Origin: a virus
IMG/VR virus record: IMGVR_UViG_3300014325_000011
Coordinates: 32,001-96,000 of that record
Strand: one strand, 5' to 3'
Length of the DNA: 64,000 nucleotides
In this document: positions 36,193 to 45,645 of the stretch, in pieces
Position numbering within the stretch: position 1 is the stretch's first letter
Layout of the letters: each line of letters opens with the position of its first letter
Made by a program: the position numbers and the translations under genes
The notes under the pieces: model-generated
Told to the model about the DNA's origin: nothing
Databases searched by the model: none
The model's input: the letters and a program-made list of their open reading frames with translations, nothing else

Positions 36193-38661
36193 TCAGATGG
36201 AAATTGCAACAACGAGACCGCCGCCGCCCACGCCACCGGCACCCGAGTTGTTGCCGTTCAGCGACGCCCCGCCGCCGCCACTTCCGCCGCCATAACCGCC
36301 GACACCTCCCGCGCCGGCTGCCGCAGACGTGGATGATCCGCCGCCGCCACCACCCGATCCGGGAACCGGGACACCTGTACCCGCATTGTTGCCCGGATTT
36401 CCCGCGCCACCGGCGGAGCCACCGGTACCGCCCGCGAGGCCGCTCGCAGAGGAAACGGAGCCGCCCGGCCCGCCGCTCGATGTCGCGTCACCACTGGTGA
36501 TGCCGCCACCAGAGCCGCCGCCGCCGCCGCCGATGCCCACGTTGCCACCAGCGCCACCGCCACCAGTCCCGGATGCGGCCCCGCCGGTAGCGCCACCGAA
36601 CATGGCCGAGCTGCCGCCAGTGCCCGCGGTACCGGCAGCGTTGGTGCCACCGCCGCCGCCATTACCGCCAGTCGAGGTGCAAAATGAGGTCGATTTGAAC
36701 GTCGACGCCCCACCAGCGCCACCACTCTGGCCATCGGTGTCATCCGTGGTCCGCGCAGCGCCAGCTGTGCCGCCTGCGCCGACCGTGACCGATTCCGTGG
36801 CGCTGAGCGCCGACGCGGGCAGTAGTCGATAGGTCATCGTGCCCGACCCGCCACCGCCGCCACCGCAGCGCACAGTGCCAGCAGCGCCACGCCGACCCGA
36901 CCCGCCGCCGCCACCCGCACCGATACAGGCGACGTAGACCATCGTCGCCCCCGCCGGCTTGGTCCAGGTGCCCGAGGATGTGAATGTCTGGACATCGGCC
37001 GTCGCCGCCCACGCGAGCCCGGTCGACTGCCCGGACGCCGCCTTGAGCAGCTGGCCATCGGTGCCGACACCGAGCCGGGCGAGAGTCGCCGACGCCGTCG
37101 CAGCGAGCAGATCCCCCTTCGTGGTGACCGTCGACGCCTGCACCGCGCCCGTGATCCGCGAGTCGTCACCGGCGGCCAACGTCCCCGACGAGGTGCCCAC
37201 GTTGGCGGAGATCGTCCGGTTCGCCGACAGGTCCCCGCCGCCCGTCAGTCCAGTGCCGGCGCTGACCGTCCGCGAGGCCGGCACTCCGGCATGCACATGG
37301 TCATCCCGCGCCGACGCAGTACCAGTGCCGACCGCTCCGGACGCCGCGATGGCCGCTGGCGTGTTGCTGGTGAGCTGCGGGGAGGCATGCACATGGTCCG
37401 AGCGGGCCGTATCTGTCGCGGTCCCCACCGTCCCCGACGCAGCCGTAGCTGCCGGGGTACTGGCCGTGAGCTGCGGCGACGCATGGGCATGGTCGGAACG
37501 CGACACGGTCGTCGACGTGCCGGCCGCACCGGACGCCGCCGTCGCTGCCGGAGTCGACGACGACAACGCCGACCCCTGAAGAGCAGTGCCCGCCGTCGAC
37601 CCGTACGAGACCGCCAACGTCCGATCAGCCGAAAGGTCGCCGCCGCCTGTCAGACCTGTCCCCGCGAGCACCTGGCGGGACTGCTGTACGGACGTCGGCC
37701 CCGGGGCCGCTTGCTGAGACCCGGTCCCCAACGTCCGGAGCGAAGCCGTACCCGCGTCCTGGTCGGCCGGTAGCGTTGCCGCCAACTGCGTCGGCGTACG
37801 CGCGGCCCACGCCCCGCCCGACTCCTGGATCACCGCCGAACCGGACGCGGTCAGACCGGCGATCGTCGTCAGGTCGCTATCCAGCGGCTGCTTTCCGTCC
37901 AACGCCGACTGAGTCGCCGTGGAAATGGGCTTGGCCGCGTCGGAAGTGTTGTCAACCGAACCGAGGCCGACATCGCCCTTGACGAGCGTGACCACACCGG
38001 TCTTGCCCGCGACGCTCGAAACCGCGCCGGAACCGCCTGACGACCATTGGAGGCCCGTTGACTGGCCGGACGCCGCAGTAAGAACCTGCCCGTCGGTTCC
38101 GACAGGCAGCCGGGTCACCGTGTTGTCGGCCGTGGCTACATACAGATCACCCTTTGCGTCGACCGCGGAAAGCTGGACGTAGCGACCATCAAGGCTGCCG
38201 ACGGTTTTCTGCCCGCCGGAGATCCACCAGTGCCCGGCGCCGTCCGACGTGAGCGTGATGACCTGGTCCTGAAGCTGCACCTGCGTCGACGTCGACGCAC
38301 TGTTGATGACGTCCGAGCCCGCACGGGCCACTGACACGACAACCGACGCGGCCAGGTTCTTCACCGCGACCATCTGACCAGCCACGTTCGCCGCCGGCAG
38401 GGTCACCGTGAACGTGCCGCCCGTCGGATCACACAGGACCAGCTCCCACGGGGCGGCCGTGTAGGCGCTCTCCGTCGCGGTGACCGTGAACCGAGACTGC
38501 GCGCCGATCGCGGACGGAGCGATAGGGTCCGCGCCGCCGGTCACATGCTGATCCGCATGGGCGTTCAGCCGGGAGACGACCGTTCCAAGACTGGCGTTAA
38601 GGTCCGAGTCCCAGTTTTTCTCCCCATGCGTCGGCCACGTCGGATTGATCGGACCAGGCAT
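36193..38661 (-). CDS. Gly-rich fibre protein
   Basis: KGDL...RLxVGTDGQ.L, AGTGLTGGGDLSADRT and three ARSDHVH repeats; VQTFTSSGTWTKP Gly-rich domain. Confidence 0.8.
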   Translation of the reverse strand: MPGPINPTWPTHGEKNWDSDLNASLGTVVSRLNAHADQHVTGGADPIAPSAIGAQSRFTVTATESAYTAAPWELVLCDPTGGTFTVTLPAANVAGQMVAVKNLAASVVVSVARAGSDVINSASTSTQVQLQDQVITLTSDGAGHWWISGGQKTVGSLDGRYVQLSAVDAKGDLYVATADNTVTRLPVGTDGQVLTAASGQSTGLQWSSGGSGAVSSVAGKTGVVTLVKGDVGLGSVDNTSDAAKPISTATQSALDGKQPLDSDLTTIAGLTASGSAVIQESGGAWAARTPTQLAATLPADQDAGTASLRTLGTGSQQAAPGPTSVQQSRQVLAGTGLTGGGDLSADRTLAVSYGSTAGTALQGSALSSSTPAATAASGAAGTSTTVSRSDHAHASPQLTASTPAATAASGTVGTATDTARSDHVHASPQLTSNTPAAIAASGAVGTGTASARDDHVHAGVPASRTVSAGTGLTGGGDLSANRTISANVGTSSGTLAAGDDSRITGAVQASTVTTKGDLLAATASATLARLGVGTDGQLLKAASGQSTGLAWAATADVQTFTSSGTWTKPAGATMVYVACIGAGGGGGSGRRGAAGTVRCGGGGGGSGTMTYRLLPASALSATESVTVGAGGTAGAARTTDDTDGQSGGAGGASTFKSTSFCTSTGGNGGGGGTNAAGTAGTGGSSAMFGGATGGAASGTGGGGAGGNVGIGGGGGGSGGGITSGDATSSGGPGGSVSSASGLAGGTGGSAGGAGNPGNNAGTGVPVPGSGGGGGGSSTSAAAGAGGVGGYGGGSGGGGASLNGNNSGAGGVGGGGLVVAISI

Positions 38662-38690
38662 CGGAAATCACCCCCCGATGCCTTTCGCGG

Positions 38691-38999
38691 TCAGCCCAAC
38701 AGTTCGACGATGCAGTCGGTTTCGGGGTCGAGCAGCACGGAGAAGGTGCGGCCATCCGGCCAGCCGATCCCCGCCGACGTGTAACCCGAATGGGGAAACA
38801 GGAAGCCCACGTACTGGCCGGGCAGTGGATTGTCCGGGTCGAACGGAGGCGGCTCGACCGGCACGTCGGGCGCGGTCTCCGGTTCGGGCTCGACAGGTGC
38901 CGGGGTCTCCGGGGGAACGTCGACGACCGGTGGTGTGACCTGCGCGGCCCGCGGCGGTGAGGGGCGCGGGCCGGAGGTGCGACGAGTCTGACCGGCCAT
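38691..38999 (-). CDS. Pro-rich hypothetical protein
   Basis: ORF in the late operon. Confidence 0.5.
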   Translation of the reverse strand: MAGQTRRTSGPRPSPPRAAQVTPPVVDVPPETPAPVEPEPETAPDVPVEPPPFDPDNPLPGQYVGFLFPHSGYTSAGIGWPDGRTFSVLLDPETDCIVELLG

Positions 39000-39000
39000 C

Positions 39001-39870
39001 TCAGGTCACGATGACCAGGGGGATCTTGCCGGACGCGGTCGAACTGGTGATCGTCGCCGGGGGAGTGCCGTTCAGAGACGACCCGGACGTCTGCGAGATC
39101 TGCTTGTTCCCGGTGATGACCGCCTTCGACGCGCCCGCACCCGCCCGCCCGAGTCCGACGAGTGACGGCATCGTCGTACCGTCAGTGATCGACAGGGCGG
39201 CGTAGTACACACCCGACGTCGTGACCGTGTACGGGCTCGACATCGCATAGGTGTAGGCCGTCTCCGCCGCCCACACAACAGTGTTCGTCGCATCCGCCGA
39301 GTTGGCGAGCAGTGCCGGAGTCGACGCCGTCGAGTAGAGCGCGGCGAACGAATGCGTCGGCCCAGCCGCCGCGGTCGCCCCGGTGACGAACGTCAGGTTC
39401 GTGACGACCGCACCCGCGGGAAGCCAGATCGCCGTCGACAGCATCGTGTTCGACGTGAACGCAGCCAGGTCGGTGCCTGCCAGATGCCGCGGCATGTTCT
39501 CGAAGTACACACCCGTCGGGCTGCCGTTCAGCGCATACGTCGCCTGGCCGGTGTAGGCCGACGACAGGCCACCCGAGGCGTTGAGCGGTGCGCTGACCGG
39601 CAGGAACACCTGTAGTGGCACGTTCGACTCGATGAGGGTCGACCCGTTGTAGATGTCGACCGCGGCGATACCGGAGGTGCAGAACTCGGCGAAACCGTTG
39701 CCGTCGGTCGTGAACGACCCTGAGCCGGACAGAGCCGACGTCAGTGTCGGATCGGTGTACAGCGTCGCCGCTGTACTCGTTCCGACGAGCTTCGCGGTCA
39801 GCGTCGTGGACCGGGTCGGGTTGACCCCATCGGGCGCGACGATGCGGGCGAACTGGAAGGCGGTGGCCAT
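39001..39870 (-). CDS. Putative head decoration/fibre protein
   Basis: GAGGAG RBS; ATLYTDPT...FTTDGNG N-terminal module; Thr/Ser-rich beta domain. Confidence 0.55.
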   Translation of the reverse strand: MATAFQFARIVAPDGVNPTRSTTLTAKLVGTSTAATLYTDPTLTSALSGSGSFTTDGNGFAEFCTSGIAAVDIYNGSTLIESNVPLQVFLPVSAPLNASGGLSSAYTGQATYALNGSPTGVYFENMPRHLAGTDLAAFTSNTMLSTAIWLPAGAVVTNLTFVTGATAAAGPTHSFAALYSTASTPALLANSADATNTVVWAAETAYTYAMSSPYTVTTSGVYYAALSITDGTTMPSLVGLGRAGAGASKAVITGNKQISQTSGSSLNGTPPATITSSTASGKIPLVIVT

Positions 39871-39876
39871 GTGCGG

Positions 39877-40128
39877 CTACTCCTCGGTACGGGGGTTGTC
39901 GGTGCCGCAGCGGGAACACCTGACAAACAGTGATCGGAAACCGCACCCGCACGGGTAGCCGGAGGTGCGAGGGGCGCCGCCGAGGTTGACCGGAAAGGCG
40001 CCCTGGTCGCGGAGCATGCGAAGGTGCCGCGGATTGTCGACGTCGAAGATCCGGCCGTTGTAGGCCGTCTTTCCGTGTTCGGTGCGCACGTCGAGGCCGA
40101 CGCAGGCACCGTCAGGACTGGCCATGCG
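39877..40128 (-). CDS. Small zinc-ribbon protein
   Basis: CGCG...CSRCG. Confidence 0.6.
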   Translation of the reverse strand, partial: RMASPDGACVGLDVRTEHGKTAYNGRIFDVDNPRHLRMLRDQGAFPVNLGGAPRTSGYPCGCGFRSLFVRCSRCGTDNPRTEE

Positions 40129-40134
40129 CATTGG

Positions 40135-40407
40135 TCAGCCTCCGTTGGTCGCGTAGGCGTAGGACACGGCCGGGCTGGTGCCGGTCACGGTCAGCCGGAC
40201 GCCGCCGAGAACCCAGCGGACCGTCGCCCCGGCGGGCAGTACGAATCCGGCGACACAGCCTGGGGCGGTCAGCGTGGCCGCGTTCGACGCGGAAGCGTTG
40301 GTGATCGTGACGGCGCCGAGTTCGCCGGGCGCCTGGCCGATGGCCTCCGCGGGAAGCAGCGCACCCGAACTGGTCACCTGCCCGGTGATGAACTTCGGCG
40401 CCGACAT
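40135..40407 (-). CDS. Hypothetical protein
   Basis: TGATG coupling. Confidence 0.55.
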   Translation of the reverse strand: MSAPKFITGQVTSSGALLPAEAIGQAPGELGAVTITNASASNAATLTAPGCVAGFVLPAGATVRWVLGGVRLTVTGTSPAVSYAYATNGG

Positions 40408-40727
40408 CAGACAGTCACATCCGCGGCGGTCTGCACGATGCTCGTCAGCGCGGTCACCTGTGCGGCCACATCGGCGGTCAGCACCGGGTAGGAGCAGTGC
40501 GACACGTCAAGGTGGACGTTCACGCCGACCTGGGCTGCGGACAGACGCAGAATCGACGTGCACTTCGATGACGACAGGTAGGTGTTGATCTGGTTGAGCA
40601 CGGCGGCGAAACCGGGGCCGTTGAGGTTGAAGTTGTCGCGGGCGACGAGGGTCAGGGTGACGACGCCGTTCGGGCCGCCGGTCGTTTCGATCTGGAACGG
40701 GCTGCCCGTGATCGCGTACATGCGCAT
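40407..40727 (-). CDS. Hypothetical protein
   Basis: AAGGAGG RBS. Confidence 0.6.
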   Translation of the reverse strand: MRMYAITGSPFQIETTGGPNGVVTLTLVARDNFNLNGPGFAAVLNQINTYLSSSKCTSILRLSAAQVGVNVHLDVSHCSYPVLTADVAAQVTALTSIVQTAADVTV

Positions 40728-40809
40728 GGCGCCCCTCCTTTCTCTGGGGACGCCGACGGCCGCCCGCCGGAGTAGAGGCGAGCGGCCGTCGGGGATGAGA
40801 AGGGGAGGG

Positions 40810-42573
40810 TCAGCTCGTCGGCTGAATGCCGACGATCATCGAGCTGCGGTCCGGGGCGTGCGCGGCCACCGTCGACGTCCAGTAGACCGAGGTGTCATAC
40901 GACATCTGGGTCACCGGCCAATCTATGCTCATGTAATCCTGCGGGCCGCGGACCTCCCAGCAGTTCGGCACGGTAATGCCCGGCTGGGTGATCGAGTCCT
41001 GCAAGATGACCGCGTTGCCCTGCGGCATCCACGGGTGGACCATGATGCCGACCGACTTGCCGGTCGTCTGGTTCACGATGCCGTTGACAACCGCGCCGAG
41101 CTTGACGCCCATCAGCTGGTCTTCGGAGATTTCCAGCCGGTAGTTCGACGCCGACTGGCCGCGCAGAGCGTTGGAGATCTGGTTGCGGTCCTGGCCCGCC
41201 ATCCAGATTTCCTCCGGGTCGGCCTTGGTGTTCGTCCAGGTCTGCGCGAACGCGGCCTGGAATTCGGCACCCGGGCTGGCCGTGGAAAACGGGGCGTTGA
41301 GGCGGCCCACGTAGCCGGTGGTGCCGGCGACGCTGTGGATCCACGGGATGACACCGTCGTAGTTGTCCGCGCGGGCGGACACGCCGTCGACGGAGGCCAG
41401 GTTGACGGTGCCGCCGGCCTGGATCGGGAACGCGGCGACGGACGCCCCGGAGGTCGGCAGCGCACCCTGAAGCGTCAGCGTGAGCGTCGGAGTGCGACCA
41501 GCGGACTGGCCGTTCGGGAACGCCGCGCCGGTGTACAGCCAGCGCGAGGCGTCCCCTGGGTCGGAGGCGCCCGTGGAGACGAACACCTTGTAGCCGGTCG
41601 CGCCGGACACGAAGTTCGGGATGGTGATGTCGACGACCTGGCCCGAAGACACGGCAATACCGGCGGACGCGGACGAGGCGGCGGACACGCCGAAGTCGCC
41701 CGACTCGGCGACGATCTTGACGTAGACGTTGGTGGTGAAGCCGGTCAGCGCGGTCTCGCCGGTCGCCGCGGTACGCGCCGCGCCGGTCGGGGTGCCCGAC
41801 GGGGCGGACAGGGTGCCCGAGTAGCCACTGAGGGTGCCGCGGCCGTAGAGCAGAACCCGCTCCTCGGCGAGCATCGACGCGTACAGGGTCGCCTGCCGGG
41901 AAAGCTGCCGGGTGTCCTGGAAACCGACCGCGGAGAAGTAGGTCCAGAACGACTGCTCGTCGGAGGCACCCATCTGGACGTACGACAGGTTGGTGTCATC
42001 ACCCGCGTAGGTGATCTTCGGCGGGCGGTTCAGGTAGTAGCCGTTCGCCGACCCCGGGTTCGCGAAGTTCGTCTGCGTCGGGTCGGTGAAACCCGGATTG
42101 AACGCACCCACACCGCCGGTACCGGAACCGGAAATACCGGTGATCCGCTTGTACCGGAACGACGTGCCCTGACCCTGTGTGCGGGGAAACTTGTTCCGCC
42201 ACGGGGTGAGGATCGGGGCGAGCAGCATCGCCGGGGCGCGCAGGTCGAACGCGACCAGACCGCCGGCGACAGGACTCGTCGGGGTGATGTCCTTCGCGAG
42301 GAACTCGGTTCCGAGGGCCTGCGCGGCAGCGGCCTCGATCGCGGCCATCACGTCGGGCGTGACACCCATGTCGGAGTACGCCTTGGTCAGGACGTCCCTC
42401 GCCGAACCGCGGGTCGTCTTCGTCAGCGTCCGGGAGGTGATGTCGACCTCGACGTCACCGCGGACGGTGGATGGCGCCGCTTCGACGGCCATCCGATAGT
42501 CGGCGGCGGCCTTGACGAGGTCGGCGTCGGAGAGTTGCGCGCCGAACAGCTCGCGCAGCAGCTTCGCGCTCAT
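40810..42573 (-). CDS. Major capsid protein with inserted Ig-like domain
   Basis: Follows protease/scaffold; FDLRAPA..L.P.LTP.RN..PR, EERVLLYG, VHPWMPQG; insertion containing GATGYKVFVST. Confidence 0.8.
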   Translation of the reverse strand: MSAKLLRELFGAQLSDADLVKAAADYRMAVEAAPSTVRGDVEVDITSRTLTKTTRGSARDVLTKAYSDMGVTPDVMAAIEAAAAQALGTEFLAKDITPTSPVAGGLVAFDLRAPAMLLAPILTPWRNKFPRTQGQGTSFRYKRITGISGSGTGGVGAFNPGFTDPTQTNFANPGSANGYYLNRPPKITYAGDDTNLSYVQMGASDEQSFWTYFSAVGFQDTRQLSRQATLYASMLAEERVLLYGRGTLSGYSGTLSAPSGTPTGAARTAATGETALTGFTTNVYVKIVAESGDFGVSAASSASAGIAVSSGQVVDITIPNFVSGATGYKVFVSTGASDPGDASRWLYTGAAFPNGQSAGRTPTLTLTLQGALPTSGASVAAFPIQAGGTVNLASVDGVSARADNYDGVIPWIHSVAGTTGYVGRLNAPFSTASPGAEFQAAFAQTWTNTKADPEEIWMAGQDRNQISNALRGQSASNYRLEISEDQLMGVKLGAVVNGIVNQTTGKSVGIMVHPWMPQGNAVILQDSITQPGITVPNCWEVRGPQDYMSIDWPVTQMSYDTSVYWTSTVAAHAPDRSSMIVGIQPTS

Positions 42574-42600
42574 GGGGTTGCCTCTTTCGGGCATGGAAAA

Positions 42601-42626
42601 GGCCCGCCACCGTGGGGTGACGGGCC
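42601..42626 (-). terminator. Hairpin plus TTTTCCATGCCC upstream of the capsid gene
   Basis: GGCCCG...CGGGCC stem. Confidence 0.5.
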
Positions 42627-42653
42627 CTGGGAGTTGTCTGGGGTGGGTGGGGA

Positions 42654-44411
42654 TCAGGCGGCGTCGAGCTGTTCGATCTGCCGGTTGATCTCCGCGCGCA
42701 GGTCGGGTGCCGCGCCGGGCAGCATGGCCCGCAGCGCCGCCTTACGCATGTCCGCCTCGGCGTTCTTCGCCATCTGGGCGGGGGACACCGGAGGCTGAAC
42801 TCGCGTCACCGCAGGTCCGCCCGGCCTCGGGGTGCTCTTGAGCAGCGTCTCCACCTCTGCCACCCGATCAACGATCGGGCCCATGGCCTTCGTGAGGACG
42901 TCGCCGAGTTGCACGGTGAGGTCGGCGGTCACCTTGTCGGCGACAGCCTTTGTCAGCGTCTCGGTGTCAGTGGTGCTGGCCGCCGCAGGGGCGGGGGTCT
43001 CAGAGGCGGCGGCCTTGAGCGCGGTGTTCTTGCGGGCCTTCTTCATCGCCTTCTCCAGCCGGCGGGAAAGCTCGTCCGACAGGCTGGGGGCGGCAGGCGC
43101 AGCCGGCTCGGTGGGCTCGGCAGCCTTCTCGACGTCCGGGGTTGCGGCGAGCTGCATCACGGTCGGAGCCGGGGTGGTGTCGCCGCCGGCAGCAGTGTTC
43201 TCCGCCATGGCGGCGGCCTCCAATTCGTAGGTCTCGCGCTCCACAAAGCACGTCAGGGTCGCCATGACGCTGACAAGCATGTCCATGTCGGCGACCTCAC
43301 CGGCGCCGCCGCCGGAGAGGAAGCCCGCAGCCTCGGACTGCACGAGCGCAGCCAAGTCCGCGAGGACGCGCTTGGCGCGGGCGATGTCGTCCAGCTCGTC
43401 GTCGACCGACTTGACAATGTCCGGATCGGTGGTCTTCTCGACAGGCTCGGGCTTGGCTGCTGGCTCGTCGGCAGGTGTCTGCTGCTTGGCGAGTTCGGCG
43501 AGAACCGCTTTCACGATCGCGTCGACATCAGGCCCGGCGGCCTTGGACGCAGTGGCAGGCTTCGGCTTGTTCGACGGGTGGTCGGCGTCGTCCTCGTCTT
43601 CGGTGCCGTCCCCGTCGTCGTCCGCGTCGTCACGGTTGTGCTTGCCGTCGCCGTCAGGGTCCGAACCGCCCTTGCCGCCGTCTTCGGAGGTGAAGGGCTT
43701 GGCCTTCCGCTTCTCCAGCGTCTCCGGGTCGGCTGCGTCCGGGTCGTCCGGGTTCACGACGACCAAGGGGGCGGTGAGTTCGTCCACCAGGGCGGCGGTC
43801 ATCGGACGCACCTGCCCGTCTGCGGTCTTGAGCAGCATCTGCGGGCGGGTGATGATGTCGCCTTCGGCCGTCTTCTCGATGGCGTCGGTGTCCTCTTCGA
43901 GGTGCTGGTCTTCGACGACTTCGAGCGTGCCAGCGGCCTTGTTCAGGGTCGCCATCCGAAGAACGGCAGTCGGGAGCGAGGGGCGGTCGACGGCACTTAC
44001 CTCAGTGACGTCCCCACGGCACACCATTCCGTTCGGGGCGTTGGTGGCCTTGGCCAGACCATAGTTCGCCACGCCGATTGAGAAGCCGGACAGAATGCCA
44101 TGCTCAATCTTCTTTTCGGCGACCGGGTCAACGATCTTCGCGCGCATGTGCCACGAATGGTCGTCGGTCTCCCAGACCTCGACGGCCTTACCGATCGGCC
44201 GCTGGGCCGAGTGACCCTCACGGACGTTCCCACCTGATGGCCCGTGCATGTACGCCGGAATCGCGGATTTGAGCCACGTCGGGTCCATCCGCTGGCCGTC
44301 CGAGTCGAGGTCTGGGCCGGTGAACTTGCCCTCGACCCACAGAACGCCATCGGCGTCCCGCTCCTTGCGTAGGAACGGGGTGTAGATGTCCAGCCGCTCA
44401 GCGACAGGCAT
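42654..44411 (-). CDS. Prohead (capsid maturation) protease fused to scaffold
   Basis: DSDGQRMD, NVREGH, ILSGFSIG, EVSAVDRPS (HK97/S78-like); long acidic and coiled C-terminus. Confidence 0.85.
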   Translation of the reverse strand: MPVAERLDIYTPFLRKERDADGVLWVEGKFTGPDLDSDGQRMDPTWLKSAIPAYMHGPSGGNVREGHSAQRPIGKAVEVWETDDHSWHMRAKIVDPVAEKKIEHGILSGFSIGVANYGLAKATNAPNGMVCRGDVTEVSAVDRPSLPTAVLRMATLNKAAGTLEVVEDQHLEEDTDAIEKTAEGDIITRPQMLLKTADGQVRPMTAALVDELTAPLVVVNPDDPDAADPETLEKRKAKPFTSEDGGKGGSDPDGDGKHNRDDADDDGDGTEDEDDADHPSNKPKPATASKAAGPDVDAIVKAVLAELAKQQTPADEPAAKPEPVEKTTDPDIVKSVDDELDDIARAKRVLADLAALVQSEAAGFLSGGGAGEVADMDMLVSVMATLTCFVERETYELEAAAMAENTAAGGDTTPAPTVMQLAATPDVEKAAEPTEPAAPAAPSLSDELSRRLEKAMKKARKNTALKAAASETPAPAAASTTDTETLTKAVADKVTADLTVQLGDVLTKAMGPIVDRVAEVETLLKSTPRPGGPAVTRVQPPVSPAQMAKNAEADMRKAALRAMLPGAAPDLRAEINRQIEQLDAA

Positions 44412-44467
44412 GGTGAGACCACCTCGCGAGGTGAGACCAGCCGCGCGAGGGCTGGGAGAATGAAGGA

Positions 44468-44770
44468 ATGAGCGACGAGACGCCGCGTGAGCCGCGGGTT
44501 GTGGTGGTCGAGGTCGACGAGAACGGCTACGGCCGCGTCGACCCGCCGGTCACGGTCAGCGCCGAAGACCCGGTCCAGTTCGCGGTGAGAATGCCCAGCG
44601 ATCTGGCGTCACGGGTCGCACCCTGCTTGCTGCACGGCCTGTCGATCGGCACGCCCGCCACTGAGGGTGGACAGGATGCGGACCGGCTGATCCCCTACTG
44701 GGATCGGACCAACATGGCCATTGATGCGCCTGTCATGCCGCGATCATCCGGCGAGGGTGAGCAGTCCTAG
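44468..44770 (+). CDS. Hypothetical antisense moron gene
   Basis: GAGAAT -10 lies 6 nt before the ATG (leaderless). Confidence 0.45.
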   Translation: MSDETPREPRVVVVEVDENGYGRVDPPVTVSAEDPVQFAVRMPSDLASRVAPCLLHGLSIGTPATEGGQDADRLIPYWDRTNMAIDAPVMPRSSGEGEQS

Positions 44771-44965
44771 CGCCGTCTCACACCGCAGAACGGTCCGGCC
44801 CAGCCCGGTCAGCCGCTGGTAGTCGACCGGTTCGGCGTTGAGCACGTCCAGGGCGTGGTCGAGCAGTACATCGGCCAGCAGTGCGGCGTGGGGCGACGGG
44901 TCGCAGAGCAGGGCCAGGCGGATGGCGTGGACACGGGCGGCAAGGTCATCCGGATCAGCCCGCAT
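44744..44965 (-). CDS. Small hypothetical protein
   Basis: MRADPDDL...; overlaps the upstream stop. Confidence 0.45.
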   Translation of the reverse strand: MRADPDDLAARVHAIRLALLCDPSPHAALLADVLLDHALDVLNAEPVDYQRLTGLGRTVLRCETALGLLTLAG

Positions 44966-45353
44966 CGCCATCCCCATCGCTCGTGGTCTGGGTGTGCATG
45001 GCCTCGTGGAACTGGGCCAGCCGCAGGTAGACGTCTCGTTCCTGTTTCCACCCGTCGGAGAGGAACGCGCGGGCGGGCACCGACTCATCTCCGAGCCGCA
45101 TGGCTGCCTCAAGACGGTGCTGTCCGTCGACCGAAAGGAGAGATCCGCTCTTGCGTACGCCGATCAGTACCGGGTGGGCTTCGCGGGCCTCCGGGTTGTT
45201 CATCAGCGCGAGAACCTTCTCTTCCGACCTCGGACGCTGATAGTGGACCCGGTCGACCTGGACAAGTTGGGGGTCGACGTCGATCGAGGTCAGTTCGTCG
45301 TCAAGGCCGAGGTCTTCGGCGGTGTAGGGCCGATGGGCGGGCTGGTCGGCCAC
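44955..45353 (-). CDS. ParB/Sulfiredoxin-like protein with DGQHR motif
   Basis: YQRP...PVLIGVR..GSLLSVDGQHRLEAA. Confidence 0.7.
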   Translation of the reverse strand: MADQPAHRPYTAEDLGLDDELTSIDVDPQLVQVDRVHYQRPRSEEKVLALMNNPEAREAHPVLIGVRKSGSLLSVDGQHRLEAAMRLGDESVPARAFLSDGWKQERDVYLRLAQFHEAMHTQTTSDGDGDAG

Positions 45354-45643
45354 TACAACCCCCCCGGGCCGTTGCGGCGGTCGAGGCGCAACAGCCGCTC
45401 CCGGAGATCGTCGCCTATGGCGTCTAGGCGTTCGGTTTCTGCCCGCACCAGGTCGTTGAGCTTCGTGTGCAGGATGTGGATCTGGTTCTCGTGGTAGTCG
45501 TGCCGGCGGTGCAGCCGTTCGAGATGCACCCGCGTCCGCCAGACTGCGACCGCAGCGGCGGGGGTGGCCCAGAGCAGCGAGGCGATCAGGTTGGTCAGCA
45601 CCGAGCCGTTCGGGAATCCCATGAGAAGCCACAGGGTGTGCAT
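45353..45643 (-). CDS. Small membrane protein
   Basis: NLIASLLWATPAAAVAVW TM; His-rich coil. Confidence 0.55.
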   Translation of the reverse strand: MHTLWLLMGFPNGSVLTNLIASLLWATPAAAVAVWRTRVHLERLHRRHDYHENQIHILHTKLNDLVRAETERLDAIGDDLRERLLRLDRRNGPGGL

Positions 45644-45645
45644 GG

